Assembly (NCBI GenBank): GCA_044221195.1
Contig: JBGAPO010000005.1
Span: forward strand, 35,481 to 99,480
Reading direction: 5' to 3'
Length of the DNA stretch: 64,000 bases
From: Cyclobacteriaceae bacterium
Lineage (GTDB): Bacteria > Bacteroidota > Bacteroidia > Cytophagales > Cyclobacteriaceae
In this document: positions 51,380 through 60,826 of the stretch, piece by piece
Layout of the letters: every line of letters starts with the position of its first letter
Position numbering within the stretch: position 1 is the first letter of the stretch
Notes under the pieces: model-generated
Seen by the model: the letters and a program-made list of their open reading frames with translations, nothing else
Database searches by the model: none
What the model was told of the DNA's origin: nothing
Made by a program: the position numbers and the translations under genes

Positions 51380-52351
51380 TTACTTGTCGGCGTAGTAACT
51401 CGCGGCCTTGAAGATCGTATTAGGAATTTCCGTTGAATACACGGCATAAGTAAACCCCGGCTGAAGCGCATAGGCACCGTATTCGCCGTTCTTGCCCAGG
51501 GCCAGGAAGCCCACCTGGATCTCCTTCGACTTCTGCGGCTGGTTCTTCACAATCCGCTTCACCGCTTTCTCACAGGCTTCTTGCGGCGAATTTCCCTGGC
51601 GCATGAGTTCCACTACCAGGTGCGAGCCGCAAATACGGATGACCTCCTCGCCGAGCCCGGTAGAGGTTGCCGCACCTACTTCATTGTCCACGAAAAGACC
51701 GGCGCCGATGATGGGTGAATCGCCGATGCGGCCGCGCAATTTGTAGGCCATCCCACTTGTCGTGCAGGCGCCGGAAAGATTATTGGAACTGTCCAGGGCC
51801 AGCATCCCGATCGTATCGTGGTTCTCGATGTTGGCGACAGGCTTGTACTTCGCTTCTTTCAGCCAGGCCTTCCATGCCTTCTCCGATTCCGGTGTGAGCA
51901 GGTTTTCTTTTTTGAATCCGTTGGCGAGCGCAAATTGCAAGGCCCCGTCGCCAGCGAGCATGACGTGGGGTGTTTTCTCCATCACCTTGCGCGCCACGGA
52001 AACCGGGTGGACGATGTGTTCAAGGCAGAGGACGGCGCCGCAATTCGCGTTCTCGTCCATGATGCAGGCGTCGAGGGTGACGCGTCCGTCGCGGTCGGGC
52101 AGACCGCCAAGTCCTACGCTTTGTTCCTTGGGATCACCCTCCGGTACCCACACACCGTGTTCAACCGCATCGAGGGCCCGGCCCCGGGCGGCAAGAATTT
52201 TCCAGGCTTCCGCGTTGGCTTCCTTGCCGAAGTTCCAGGTGGAAATCACCGTCGGCGAAGATGCCGGCGCAGCGCCTCGGGCTATCGATTTCAATGAAAA
52301 CAAAGACGCCAGGGCGGCGGTGGTCTTAAGGAAGCGGCGGCGGTTGGACAT
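51380..52351 (-). CDS. N4-(beta-N-acetylglucosaminyl)-L-asparaginase / isoaspartyl peptidase (Ntn asparaginase_2 family) with Tat signal
   Basis: Tat motif MSNRRRFLKTTAALASL. The autoprocessing and nucleophile context is HDTIGMLALD. Also contains GAGLFVDNEVGAATSTGLGE. Confidence 0.8.
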   Translation of the reverse strand: MSNRRRFLKTTAALASLFSLKSIARGAAPASSPTVISTWNFGKEANAEAWKILAARGRALDAVEHGVWVPEGDPKEQSVGLGGLPDRDGRVTLDACIMDENANCGAVLCLEHIVHPVSVARKVMEKTPHVMLAGDGALQFALANGFKKENLLTPESEKAWKAWLKEAKYKPVANIENHDTIGMLALDSSNNLSGACTTSGMAYKLRGRIGDSPIIGAGLFVDNEVGAATSTGLGEEVIRICGSHLVVELMRQGNSPQEACEKAVKRIVKNQPQKSKEIQVGFLALGKNGEYGAYALQPGFTYAVYSTEIPNTIFKAASYYADK

Positions 52352-52437
52352 GGCGAAGTATTTGGTAGATCAGAAAGTTAGAAAAGATTATGACACCGTG
52401 CCGCGGCGGCCTCTTGCGCGGTGAATTGATTCCGGAA

Positions 52438-52950
52438 TCAAGGCTGATCAAGGATGCGGCGGGCGACGCGGAAGCGTTTCTTGTAGTAATCGGAGTAGAA
52501 GTTGGTCTCCACAACGCCAAGCGACGTTGACGCATGGATGAACTTCACGTTGTCTTTGGCTTTTCGGTCAGTCACGAGTCCCACGTGCGTGATCTCGCGC
52601 TTCTTTTTGCCCGTGGCAAAGAAAACCAAATCGCCGGGCTGCAAATCTTTTGGTTTGATTTTCTTGCCCATCGCCGCCTGGTCGCCCGTTTGCCGGGGAA
52701 GCTTGACATCAATGGAACGGTATGCGGTGGATGTGAGCGCACTGCAGTCCATGCCGGAGCGGGTGGTGCCTCCCCATTTGTAGGGTGTGCCGTAATAGGA
52801 TCGGGCCGTTTCAATCACGGTGCCGACTTTCTTTTCGTACGCACGCGCTTTCTTCGCACTGCTGCAGGCAGCGGAAACGACCGCCAAAAGAAGGAGGAAA
52901 ACGGCGGGTTGAAAAAATCGGTTTTGCGTACCTTTGCTCGCCAACCGCAT
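52438..52950 (-). CDS. NlpC/P60 (C40) peptidoglycan endopeptidase lipoprotein
   Basis: ORF trimmed to ATG 52950 (MRLASK...LLLLAVVSAACSS lipobox). Contains YGTPYKWGGTTRSGMDCSALT (catalytic Cys) and ITHVGLV (His). Confidence 0.8.
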   Translation of the reverse strand: MRLASKGTQNRFFQPAVFLLLLAVVSAACSSAKKARAYEKKVGTVIETARSYYGTPYKWGGTTRSGMDCSALTSTAYRSIDVKLPRQTGDQAAMGKKIKPKDLQPGDLVFFATGKKKREITHVGLVTDRKAKDNVKFIHASTSLGVVETNFYSDYYKKRFRVARRILDQP

Positions 52951-52989
52951 AGACCTGAAGTTTAAAAAGTAAGTAAAAGTAGCGCATTC

Positions 52990-54423
52990 ATGGCAGAAAC
53001 GAAAACCAAAACGGCCGGCCGCCTTACCGGTGAAGTGATTGAACAGTTCAGGCAAATAGTGGGTGATGCGCATATCCTGCTCGACGAGAAACGAAAAGAA
53101 GACTACGGGCATGATAAGACCGAAGATTACTTCTTTCCTCCCGATGTGGTTCTCAAACCGGGAACACCGCAAGAAATAAGCCAGATTCTGAAACTCTGTT
53201 CTTCCAACGAAATTCCCGTTACACCGCGCGGAGCGGGTACCGGTCTCAGCGGCGGGGCATTGCCGGTGAAGAATGGTGTCGTGTTGTCCATGGAGCGGTT
53301 CAACAAGATTCTCGCCATCGACGAACTCAACCTCCAGGCCACAGTTGAGCCGGGCGTGATCACCGAAGTCTTCCAGAATGCGGTTAAAGAAAAAGGACTT
53401 TTCTACCCTCCTGATCCCGCCAGCCGTGGTTCCTGCTTTCTCGGCGGCAACCTGGCCAACAACTCAGGGGGCCCCAAGGCGGTGAAATACGGCGTTACCC
53501 GCGACTATGTCATCAACATGGAAGTGGTGCTGCCTACCGGTGAGATTATCTGGACGGCGGCCAACGTGCTCAAGAACTCAACCGGGTACAATCTCACGCA
53601 GCTGATGTGCGGCAGCGAAGGCACGCTGGGTGTGATTACGAAGATCGTGTTCAAACTGCGCGGTTTTCCGCAGAAGAATGTGCTCATGATGATTCCGTTT
53701 GTGAGCAACGAAGAAGCCTGCGAGGCCATCGCCGCCATTTTCGTAGCCGGTATCCAGCCCTCGGGCATGGAGTTTTTTGAAAAGGAGGCAGCTGCGAAGA
53801 CTTTCGAATACTGTGAAAAGGTTCTCCACAGTCCGGTCACCACAAAATTGACGGACGGCATGAACGCCTACTTGTTGTGTGAACTCGACGGCAACGACGA
53901 AGAAGTGCTGATGCGGGATGCGGAGCGGGTGATGAACGTGGTGGAGAAATTCCAATCGGGCGAAGTGCTTTTTGCAGAAAGTAATGCCCAAAAAGAGGAG
54001 CTCTGGAAGATTCGCAAAAACATATCTCCTGCCGTAAACTGGTACACACTCACCAAGAGCGATGATGTGGTTGTGCCGCGCGGCAACCTTCCCAAACTGA
54101 TTAAAGGGATCAAAGAGATCGGCAAGAACTATGGCTTCAATACGGTCTGCTTCGGTCACCTTGGCGACGGCAATCTCCATGTGAACATCCTGAAAGAAGA
54201 CATCAGCGACGAGGACTGGGAAACCACAATCCCGGAAGGCATTGGAGAAATATTCAAACTGACCGTTTCACTGGGCGGGACATTGTCCGGAGAGCACGGC
54301 ATCGGTATAGCCAAACGCCCTTACATGTCCATTGCCATGAGCGAAGTCAACCTCAACCTCATGCGGGGAATTAAGAAGGTTTTTGATCCGAAGGGAATAC
54401 TCAACCCCGGCAAGATCTTCTGA
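52990..54423 (+). CDS. FAD-linked oxidase (GlcD / D-lactate dehydrogenase-like)
   Basis: PCMH-type FAD-binding segment PVTPRGAGTGLSGGALP. C-terminal SGEHGIGIAKRPYM and LMRGIKKVFDPKGILNPGKI. Confidence 0.85.
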   Translation: MAETKTKTAGRLTGEVIEQFRQIVGDAHILLDEKRKEDYGHDKTEDYFFPPDVVLKPGTPQEISQILKLCSSNEIPVTPRGAGTGLSGGALPVKNGVVLSMERFNKILAIDELNLQATVEPGVITEVFQNAVKEKGLFYPPDPASRGSCFLGGNLANNSGGPKAVKYGVTRDYVINMEVVLPTGEIIWTAANVLKNSTGYNLTQLMCGSEGTLGVITKIVFKLRGFPQKNVLMMIPFVSNEEACEAIAAIFVAGIQPSGMEFFEKEAAAKTFEYCEKVLHSPVTTKLTDGMNAYLLCELDGNDEEVLMRDAERVMNVVEKFQSGEVLFAESNAQKEELWKIRKNISPAVNWYTLTKSDDVVVPRGNLPKLIKGIKEIGKNYGFNTVCFGHLGDGNLHVNILKEDISDEDWETTIPEGIGEIFKLTVSLGGTLSGEHGIGIAKRPYMSIAMSEVNLNLMRGIKKVFDPKGILNPGKIF

Positions 54424-54465
54424 TTATCCGTGCACATCCGTGTAATCCGTGGCTATCTTTGATTC

Positions 54466-56358
54466 ATGTGCGGCATAACCGGGGTCTTCGCGTTTAATCT
54501 GGTCGGGAAATTCAGCAAGATAAACGTCGCCGCTGCCACCGCATCCCTCGCCCACCGCGGTCCCGACTTCCATGACGTGTATGTTGATGAATGGGTTTGC
54601 CTGGGGCACAGGCGCCTGAGCATCATTGACACCCGGGAAATTGCCCACCAACCCATGTGGGACGAGACCGGGCGGTGGTGCATCGTGTACAATGGGGAGA
54701 TTTTCAATTTCAAGGATCTTAGAGCCGATCTGCTCGCGCGGGGCTTTACGTTCCGCACCGAGTCCGACACGGAGGTGTTGATCAAACTCTTCATCCGTGA
54801 AGGCGAGTCGTGCCTCAACAAGCTCAATGGCTTCTTCGCGTTGTGTATCTACGACAAGCAGGAGCAATCGTTGTTTGTTGCCCGCGACCGTTTCGGCGTG
54901 AAGCCGCTCTATTACTTACATGACGACGATAAATTTCTGTTCGGCAGTGAACTGCAATCGATCGTCGCTTATGGAATCAAGAAAGACATCAACTACGATT
55001 CGCTGTACACCTACCTTCAACTCAACTACGTGCCGGCGCCGCACACCATCTTCCGGCACGTTCACAAGCTGATGCCCGGGCACTGGATGCGGGTGAAGAA
55101 TGGTCAATTGAAGATTCAGTCTTACTACACCATTCCCTTCGATCGTGATCACCTGAGCACGATGTCTTATGAGGAGGCGCAGGGCCGGTTTCGCACTTTG
55201 CTGGAGGAAGCCGTGCAGCGGAGACTGGTGGCGGATGTTCCCCTCGGCTCATTTCTCAGCGGCGGGATCGACTCATCCGTAGTTACCGGGCTTGCCCGGC
55301 GTCACAAGCCCGACCTGCACACATTTTCCATCGGGTTTAAAGACGAAAAGTTCTTCGACGAGACACCCTACGCACAACTTGTATCCAGGCACTTCGGCAC
55401 AGCGCACACGGTCTTCCAACTGAGCAATGCCGAGATGTCGTCGCATTTGCACAACATCCTTGACAGCCTGGACGAACCTTTTGCCGACAGTTCAGCCATT
55501 GCCGTATACATGCTGAGCCGTGAGACGCGCAAGCATGCAACCGTTGCGCTTTCCGGCGACGGGGCTGACGAACTATTGGGAGGATACAACAAACACGCGG
55601 CGTTTTTCCGCTCGCTTCATCCCGGCATGCCGGAACACCTGGTCACGGCACTCAAACCAGTATGGTCCATTCTTCCGAAGTCGCGGCATGCTCCATTTGC
55701 CAACCGGTTCCGACAACTGAACCGCTATGCACAAGGCGCGACGCTTAGCTCCCGGGACCGCTACTGGCGCTGGGCATCCTTCGCCAACGATCGGGAGGCA
55801 AGTCGCCTGATCCGAAAGGAGTGGATGACTGACAGTCAGGTTGCGATACGCAGGAACGAATGGCTCGGCACGTTGCCCGATAAGGAATCCATCAATGACA
55901 TTTTGCTCACCGACATGCGCCTGGTACTTCCCAACGACATGCTGACCAAGGTAGACCGGATGAGCATGGCGCACGCATTGGAGGTGCGCAACCCCTTCCT
56001 GGATGTCGATGTGGTCAATTTCCTCTTCACCCTCCCCGATCATTTCAAGATCGACGGGAAGATGCGAAAGAAACTCCTGCAAGATAGCTTTCGTGAAATG
56101 CTTCCGGCTGAATTGTACAACCGGCCGAAGAAAGGATTTGAAGTGCCTTTGCTGAAATGGATGCGGAAGGATCTAAAAGGCGTTATCCGCGACGAACTGC
56201 TATCGAAACGATTTATTGAGGAGCAGGGGATTTTCAATTACGCAGAAATCCGAAAACTGAAGAGCCGTTTGTTTGCCCTCAGCCCGGGCGACATTCACGC
56301 CCGGATGTGGGGGCTGGTGGTGTTCCAGTGGTGGTGGCGGAAGACGGTGGGGAAATAA
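54466..56358 (+). CDS. asnB: asparagine synthase (glutamine-hydrolysing)
   Basis: N-terminal nucleophile MCGITGVF. The PP-loop FLSGGIDSSVV is present. Confidence 0.88.
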   Translation: MCGITGVFAFNLVGKFSKINVAAATASLAHRGPDFHDVYVDEWVCLGHRRLSIIDTREIAHQPMWDETGRWCIVYNGEIFNFKDLRADLLARGFTFRTESDTEVLIKLFIREGESCLNKLNGFFALCIYDKQEQSLFVARDRFGVKPLYYLHDDDKFLFGSELQSIVAYGIKKDINYDSLYTYLQLNYVPAPHTIFRHVHKLMPGHWMRVKNGQLKIQSYYTIPFDRDHLSTMSYEEAQGRFRTLLEEAVQRRLVADVPLGSFLSGGIDSSVVTGLARRHKPDLHTFSIGFKDEKFFDETPYAQLVSRHFGTAHTVFQLSNAEMSSHLHNILDSLDEPFADSSAIAVYMLSRETRKHATVALSGDGADELLGGYNKHAAFFRSLHPGMPEHLVTALKPVWSILPKSRHAPFANRFRQLNRYAQGATLSSRDRYWRWASFANDREASRLIRKEWMTDSQVAIRRNEWLGTLPDKESINDILLTDMRLVLPNDMLTKVDRMSMAHALEVRNPFLDVDVVNFLFTLPDHFKIDGKMRKKLLQDSFREMLPAELYNRPKKGFEVPLLKWMRKDLKGVIRDELLSKRFIEEQGIFNYAEIRKLKSRLFALSPGDIHARMWGLVVFQWWWRKTVGK

Positions 56359-56422
56359 GCTGTTTAGCGGGTGGCCTGAGGAAGTAAGCCCAATAGAATT
56401 TCGCTGCAATTTGATAACTTCC

Positions 56423-56815
56423 ATGATGAAGGTTTGTGCCGGCTTCATATGCCTGGTCCTTGTTTTGGGGTGTTCAACCCATTACGAACCTGCTTTTACG
56501 ACAATAGAATTCGGATCAGGCGGCGGGTTTACAGGGGAATACATCGCGTATAACCTCAGGCACGACGGAGCACTCTCGAAATATGAGAATGGTTTACTGG
56601 TGCAGATCAAAACGGTTGATGCCTCGACGATCAGCCAGATTGAAATGCTGATCAACGCGCTTGGCGGCTATTCGTACAACCATCCAAGCAATATGACAGA
56701 ATACATCTATATCAGGGGGCTTTCCGATCGATACTATGCATGGCCAATGCACAGTATGAATATCGATGCAAGGCTATTGACGCTCAACCAGAAACTCAAT
56801 AGCCTGATTGATTAA
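56423..56815 (+). CDS. hypothetical small lipoprotein
   Basis: ORF 56273..56815 trimmed to ATG 56423 (MMKVCAGFICLVLVLGCS lipobox). No motif recognised. Confidence 0.55.
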   Translation: MMKVCAGFICLVLVLGCSTHYEPAFTTIEFGSGGGFTGEYIAYNLRHDGALSKYENGLLVQIKTVDASTISQIEMLINALGGYSYNHPSNMTEYIYIRGLSDRYYAWPMHSMNIDARLLTLNQKLNSLID

Positions 56816-56826
56816 GTTCGGACAGC

Positions 56827-57324
56827 ATGCCAAAATCTCACGCCAAGTTCCTCCTCCCTTTACTGAAGCCCTTTCCCAGGGAAATCAAGGAAACAGTTCT
56901 CGCGTTGAGAGAATTTATCTGGGATTTGTACCCCACCGCCAATGAGTTAATCTATGACAATTACAACGCCGTGGCCGTGGGTTGGTCTCCGACGGATCGG
57001 GTTGGTCACACATTTTGTTCGCTGGCCGTGGGACGCACCAGCCACAACGTTCATTTTGGATTCTATTGGGGCGCCGAGTTGTCGGATCCGGGGAAGTTGC
57101 TCATCGGTGAAGGCAATCAATACCGATATCTCCTCGTACCCGACCTGGACAAATTCCCTAGGAAATACATCACCCAACTTGTCAAAGAGGCATACGCCAA
57201 TTCGCTGATGAAAGTCAAGGGTAAGGGGCTCATGCTCGAAGGTCAAACAATCGTCAAATCGGTTTCAAAGAAAAAACGAACCGTAAAACCGAAGGCGGCC
57301 AAGGCGGTGAAAAGGAAGAAGTAG
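56827..57324 (+). CDS. DUF1801-like (YdhG-like) protein with Lys-rich tail
   Basis: 165 aa. The pattern ELIYDNYNAVAVGW...HNVHFGFYWGAEL resembles DUF1801. The tail is KKKRTVKPKAAKAVKRKK. The family assignment is tentative. Confidence 0.5.
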   Translation: MPKSHAKFLLPLLKPFPREIKETVLALREFIWDLYPTANELIYDNYNAVAVGWSPTDRVGHTFCSLAVGRTSHNVHFGFYWGAELSDPGKLLIGEGNQYRYLLVPDLDKFPRKYITQLVKEAYANSLMKVKGKGLMLEGQTIVKSVSKKKRTVKPKAAKAVKRKK

Positions 57325-57350
57325 ACCCTTCAAATTCGTTATCTTCGGGG

Positions 57351-57734
57351 ATGCTCTACCTCGCCGGAGTTGGACTGGCCTTGTTTCTTTCCCTGCTGCT
57401 CGTCACCAAGCGGAACAAGACGACGGCAGACACCCTTCTATCGGCCTGGTTGATCTTAACAACCCTGCACCTCCTCTTCTTCTATCTCCAGACGGCGCGT
57501 CTCTATCCAGTTTTGCTGGGAGCGGCGATGTCGTTGCCGCTGGTACACGGGCCTTTGCTTTACGCCTATACCCGCGCGCTGACCAACCGCGCATTGCCGT
57601 GGAAGCTGCTGTTGTTGCATCTTCTCCCGCCTTTCGGCACCCTGGTTTGGTCACTCCCCTTTCTGCTTCTTCCCGCGGAGCAAAAACAGGCCATCTTCGA
57701 TAATCACGAGTTGGGTACGAAACATTCAACATGA
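57351..57734 (+). CDS. membrane N-terminal fragment of an AraC-type regulator (split ORF 1 of 2)
   Basis: 127 aa with about 4 TM helices. Ends at the TGA that overlaps the ATG of the next ORF (ATGA at 57731-34). Confidence 0.5.
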   Translation: MLYLAGVGLALFLSLLLVTKRNKTTADTLLSAWLILTTLHLLFFYLQTARLYPVLLGAAMSLPLVHGPLLYAYTRALTNRALPWKLLLLHLLPPFGTLVWSLPFLLLPAEQKQAIFDNHELGTKHST

Positions 57735-58423
57735 TCCACCGGGTTTCGGTTGTTGCTTCCGGAATTGTATACGTCGTTCTTTCCTCCCTCGTGCTGCGCC
57801 AGCATCGACAGGCCATTGCAGAGGAATATTCGAATACCGATAAGATCAACCTTGCCTGGCTCCAATACCTCATCTATTGGATTGGCGCCATTTGGATCGG
57901 CGTCCTGGTCCGCAATGACACCGTTATCTTCACCACAGCGACACTCTTTGTTGTCTTTATCGGCTATTTTGGGATGCGGCAGGTGGGCATCTTTCACACG
58001 CTTCCCGCGCCGGAAGCTGTCACAACGGAAGAGAATCCGGAAAAAAAGAAGTACCAGAAATCGGGGCTAACCGCAGAAGCTGCTGAACGCCTGCATCGCG
58101 ATCTCACCGCCCTGATGGTTCAGACGAAGGCCTATCGCGAAAGCGAACTTTCGCTCAACGAACTCGCCGGTCGGCTCAACTCGCCGGCCAACTACCTGTC
58201 GCAGGTGATCAATGAGCGGGAAGGCAAGACTTTCTACGATTACATCAACACACTGCGCGTCGAGGAGTTCAAGCGATTGGCCACCAGTCCGGAAAGCAGG
58301 AAGTACACGTTACTGGGCCTCGCGCAGGAATGCGGATTCAATTCCAAATCTTCCTTTAACCGGTACTTCAAGAAGGTTACGGGCAAGAGCCCCTCCCAAT
58401 TCGTTCCTGAAATGCAGGAATGA
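57731..58423 (+). CDS. AraC/XylS-family HTH regulator with additional TM helices (split ORF 2 of 2)
   Basis: Two or three TM helices precede the AraC HTH: LSLNELAGRLNSPANYLSQVINEREGKTFYDYINTLRVEEFKRL...LLGLAQECGFNSKSSFNRYFKKVTGKSPSQF. Confidence 0.7.
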   Translation: MIHRVSVVASGIVYVVLSSLVLRQHRQAIAEEYSNTDKINLAWLQYLIYWIGAIWIGVLVRNDTVIFTTATLFVVFIGYFGMRQVGIFHTLPAPEAVTTEENPEKKKYQKSGLTAEAAERLHRDLTALMVQTKAYRESELSLNELAGRLNSPANYLSQVINEREGKTFYDYINTLRVEEFKRLATSPESRKYTLLGLAQECGFNSKSSFNRYFKKVTGKSPSQFVPEMQE

Positions 58424-58563
58424 GGTGCCAGCCTTCACGGAAGGCCTTTTCCAGTCCAATTTTGATGGTTAGCGCCCAACCCGGCCCGTTAGCGTGCTCA
58501 GGTGTCCCGTCGACCGGTACCTCGGCGGCCACTCCATTTACAAACACAAACCATCAGCACGTT

Positions 58564-59538
58564 ATGAAAAATCTGATTCCCATTATCGTCGGTCTGTTCC
58601 TCGCCGCTTGCCAGGAACTCGACCCCCGCGAACCCGGGTTACTGGTTCCACGCACTGTCGACCAGGACGCCTCGCTTCCGTCGATCCTGGTGAATAACAC
58701 ACAACTGCACGCGCAGACCTTCGGGAACTCCAGCGATCCCATGCTGGTGATTCTCCATGGCGGGCCTGGCTCGGACTACCGATACCTGCTCAACTGCAAA
58801 GCGTTCGCCAATGAAGGGTTTTACGTCGTGTTCTATGATCAGCGCGGCTCAGGGCTTTCGAAGCGAGAACCGAAATCGTCCTACACGACCCACATCATGA
58901 TCGAAGACCTAAGTGCCGTCATTGCCTACTTCCGCACGTCTCCCGGTCAGAAAGTTTTCCTGCTGGGTCAGTCTTGGGGCGGTATTCTGGCGACGTCGTA
59001 CGTCAATGAAAATCCGGGGACCATTGCCGGCCTCGTACTGACAGAGCCCGCAGGCTTTGTTTGGTCGGACATCAAGGACTGCATTCGTCGTTCGCGCCAG
59101 TACGGCACAACCAGCGAAACCCTGAATGACGTCACTTATATGGACCAGTTCTTCACGGGTGACACTAACGACCACGCCGTTCTCGACTACAAAATGGATT
59201 TGCAGTCCGGAAATGGCAGCAACAAGCCAACCGGTGATGAAGCTGCGGTTCCCTTCTGGAGATATGGTGCCGTCGTCAACGCTGCGTTCATGGAACTTGG
59301 TGACCGCGAACAGCCCGACTGGCGGGCAAACCTGGATCAGTACACGACGAAAGTTTTGTTCTGCTACAGCGAACACAACAAATCGTATGGTCGGGACTAT
59401 GCCATTCATGTCTCCTCGGCCTACCCGAGCGTTCAGTTAGAGCTCATCCAGGGAGCCGGCCATGACATGCTGACGTTCCCTACCGGCTGGAACAATTTCT
59501 TTCCGATCGCCTTGAACTACTTAAATGAAATCAAATGA
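58564..59538 (+). CDS. alpha/beta hydrolase, prolyl aminopeptidase (S33)-like lipoprotein
   Basis: ORF trimmed to ATG 58564 (MKNLIPIIVGLFLAAC lipobox). Contains ILHGGPGS, the nucleophile elbow LLGQSWGG and the C-terminal GAGHDM. Confidence 0.75.
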   Translation: MKNLIPIIVGLFLAACQELDPREPGLLVPRTVDQDASLPSILVNNTQLHAQTFGNSSDPMLVILHGGPGSDYRYLLNCKAFANEGFYVVFYDQRGSGLSKREPKSSYTTHIMIEDLSAVIAYFRTSPGQKVFLLGQSWGGILATSYVNENPGTIAGLVLTEPAGFVWSDIKDCIRRSRQYGTTSETLNDVTYMDQFFTGDTNDHAVLDYKMDLQSGNGSNKPTGDEAAVPFWRYGAVVNAAFMELGDREQPDWRANLDQYTTKVLFCYSEHNKSYGRDYAIHVSSAYPSVQLELIQGAGHDMLTFPTGWNNFFPIALNYLNEIK

Positions 59539-60200
59539 TCATGAAACACATCATCTGCATATCTCTATTAGCCTTCGCCGGGTTTACGGCCCGAGCGCAA
59601 GCGATCAACTGGAGCAGCTTCGCTGAAAACCAGAAGCATATTGCCAACCTCAGCACGAGCTGGGACTACGCGGCCACGCTAGGACTCGGTTATGCCTACC
59701 GGATGGAGACCAAGGTGCCGGCGGTCATCAATGCGCAGTTTTCATTGCCTGCCGGTGAAAATTTCCTGGATGACTTCAAAGCCAAATTGGGCTTTCAGGT
59801 TCGCGTATTCAAGGCGGGAAACTTCCAGGGGACTGTCTCACTCTTTGGAATCTACCGCCAGTTTCAATCGGACCTGGCACGGTTTCAGAATTTTGGAAGC
59901 GAGTTCAGCGGGACCATCGGATTCTATAAGTCCAGGTGGTTTGTCGCCACGGAAATCGGGTTTGACAAAGCCATTGTCACGCGTGTAAAGAACAGCGACC
60001 AGATGCGACAGAACTATCCGGGTGTCCGCGACGGTTGGTACGTGCCTACCGGCGGGAATTTCATGTTCACGCTGCAGGCCGGGTACTCTTTCAAGGTTTT
60101 TGACCTGTATGTGAAGGTCGGAAAGGTCATCGACCAGAACCTCAAATCAAGCGCGACGGTACCACTTACTGGTCAGCTCGGGATTAACGTGCGGTTCTGA
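59535..60200 (+). CDS. hypothetical outer-membrane beta-barrel protein
   Basis: Signal peptide MIMKHIICISLLAFAGFTARAQ. Alternating beta-strand pattern with a terminal ...GINVRF aromatic residue. Confidence 0.6.
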   Translation: MIMKHIICISLLAFAGFTARAQAINWSSFAENQKHIANLSTSWDYAATLGLGYAYRMETKVPAVINAQFSLPAGENFLDDFKAKLGFQVRVFKAGNFQGTVSLFGIYRQFQSDLARFQNFGSEFSGTIGFYKSRWFVATEIGFDKAIVTRVKNSDQMRQNYPGVRDGWYVPTGGNFMFTLQAGYSFKVFDLYVKVGKVIDQNLKSSATVPLTGQLGINVRF

Positions 60201-60258
60201 CGGTGAGGGCGTGGGATTTGAAGCGGGGTTGATTTACTCCGGCTTCACTTCTCACGCC

Positions 60259-60822
60259 TTATTTTTTGAATCGGAAGTGATAGGCGCCGACCAGCTGGAT
60301 AGAATATCCGTAGTCCTCCGTTTTACCAAAGTTCAGAAACTTGACTTCACCCCCTATGTCGAAGCGATCGTTGATCTTCTTGCGGTACATGGCGGACACA
60401 TGCAGGTTGGCCAGGGAAAGGAAGCTGCTGGTGGAGGTGCTGTTGAGTACCGAAACATCGGAGTACATAATTGTCATCCCGGGACCGCCGGCGAGGTAAA
60501 GTTCGGGGAGAAGGCGGATTCGAAATGATAGCAACAGGGGAATGGCGGAGAGCTTGGCCGTACCCGCAGGGCGCTCCAGGGAATAGATGGTATAGTACCC
60601 TGATTCAATGCCCATGGACAGCCGGTGTTCAGGCTCCCACATAAAACGGAAGGTGTATCCAACCTGGTTTGTCTTCGCGAGGTCCTTGCCAATATCGAGG
60701 GTGTTGATGTAGTGAAACCAACCCACCCCGGCGCCTATGGACCAGTTGTTTGGTTTCCGGTCCTGGCCGTTGACAACGAGTGCGGCCAACAACAAAATGA
60801 ATATGGAGATTGACTTCTTCAT
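60259..60822 (-). CDS. small outer-membrane beta-barrel (porin-family) protein
   Basis: Signal peptide MKKSISIFILLLAALVVNGQ. Alternating strands with a terminal ...GAYHFRFKK. Confidence 0.6.
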   Translation of the reverse strand: MKKSISIFILLLAALVVNGQDRKPNNWSIGAGVGWFHYINTLDIGKDLAKTNQVGYTFRFMWEPEHRLSMGIESGYYTIYSLERPAGTAKLSAIPLLLSFRIRLLPELYLAGGPGMTIMYSDVSVLNSTSTSSFLSLANLHVSAMYRKKINDRFDIGGEVKFLNFGKTEDYGYSIQLVGAYHFRFKK

Positions 60823-60826
60823 GTGG

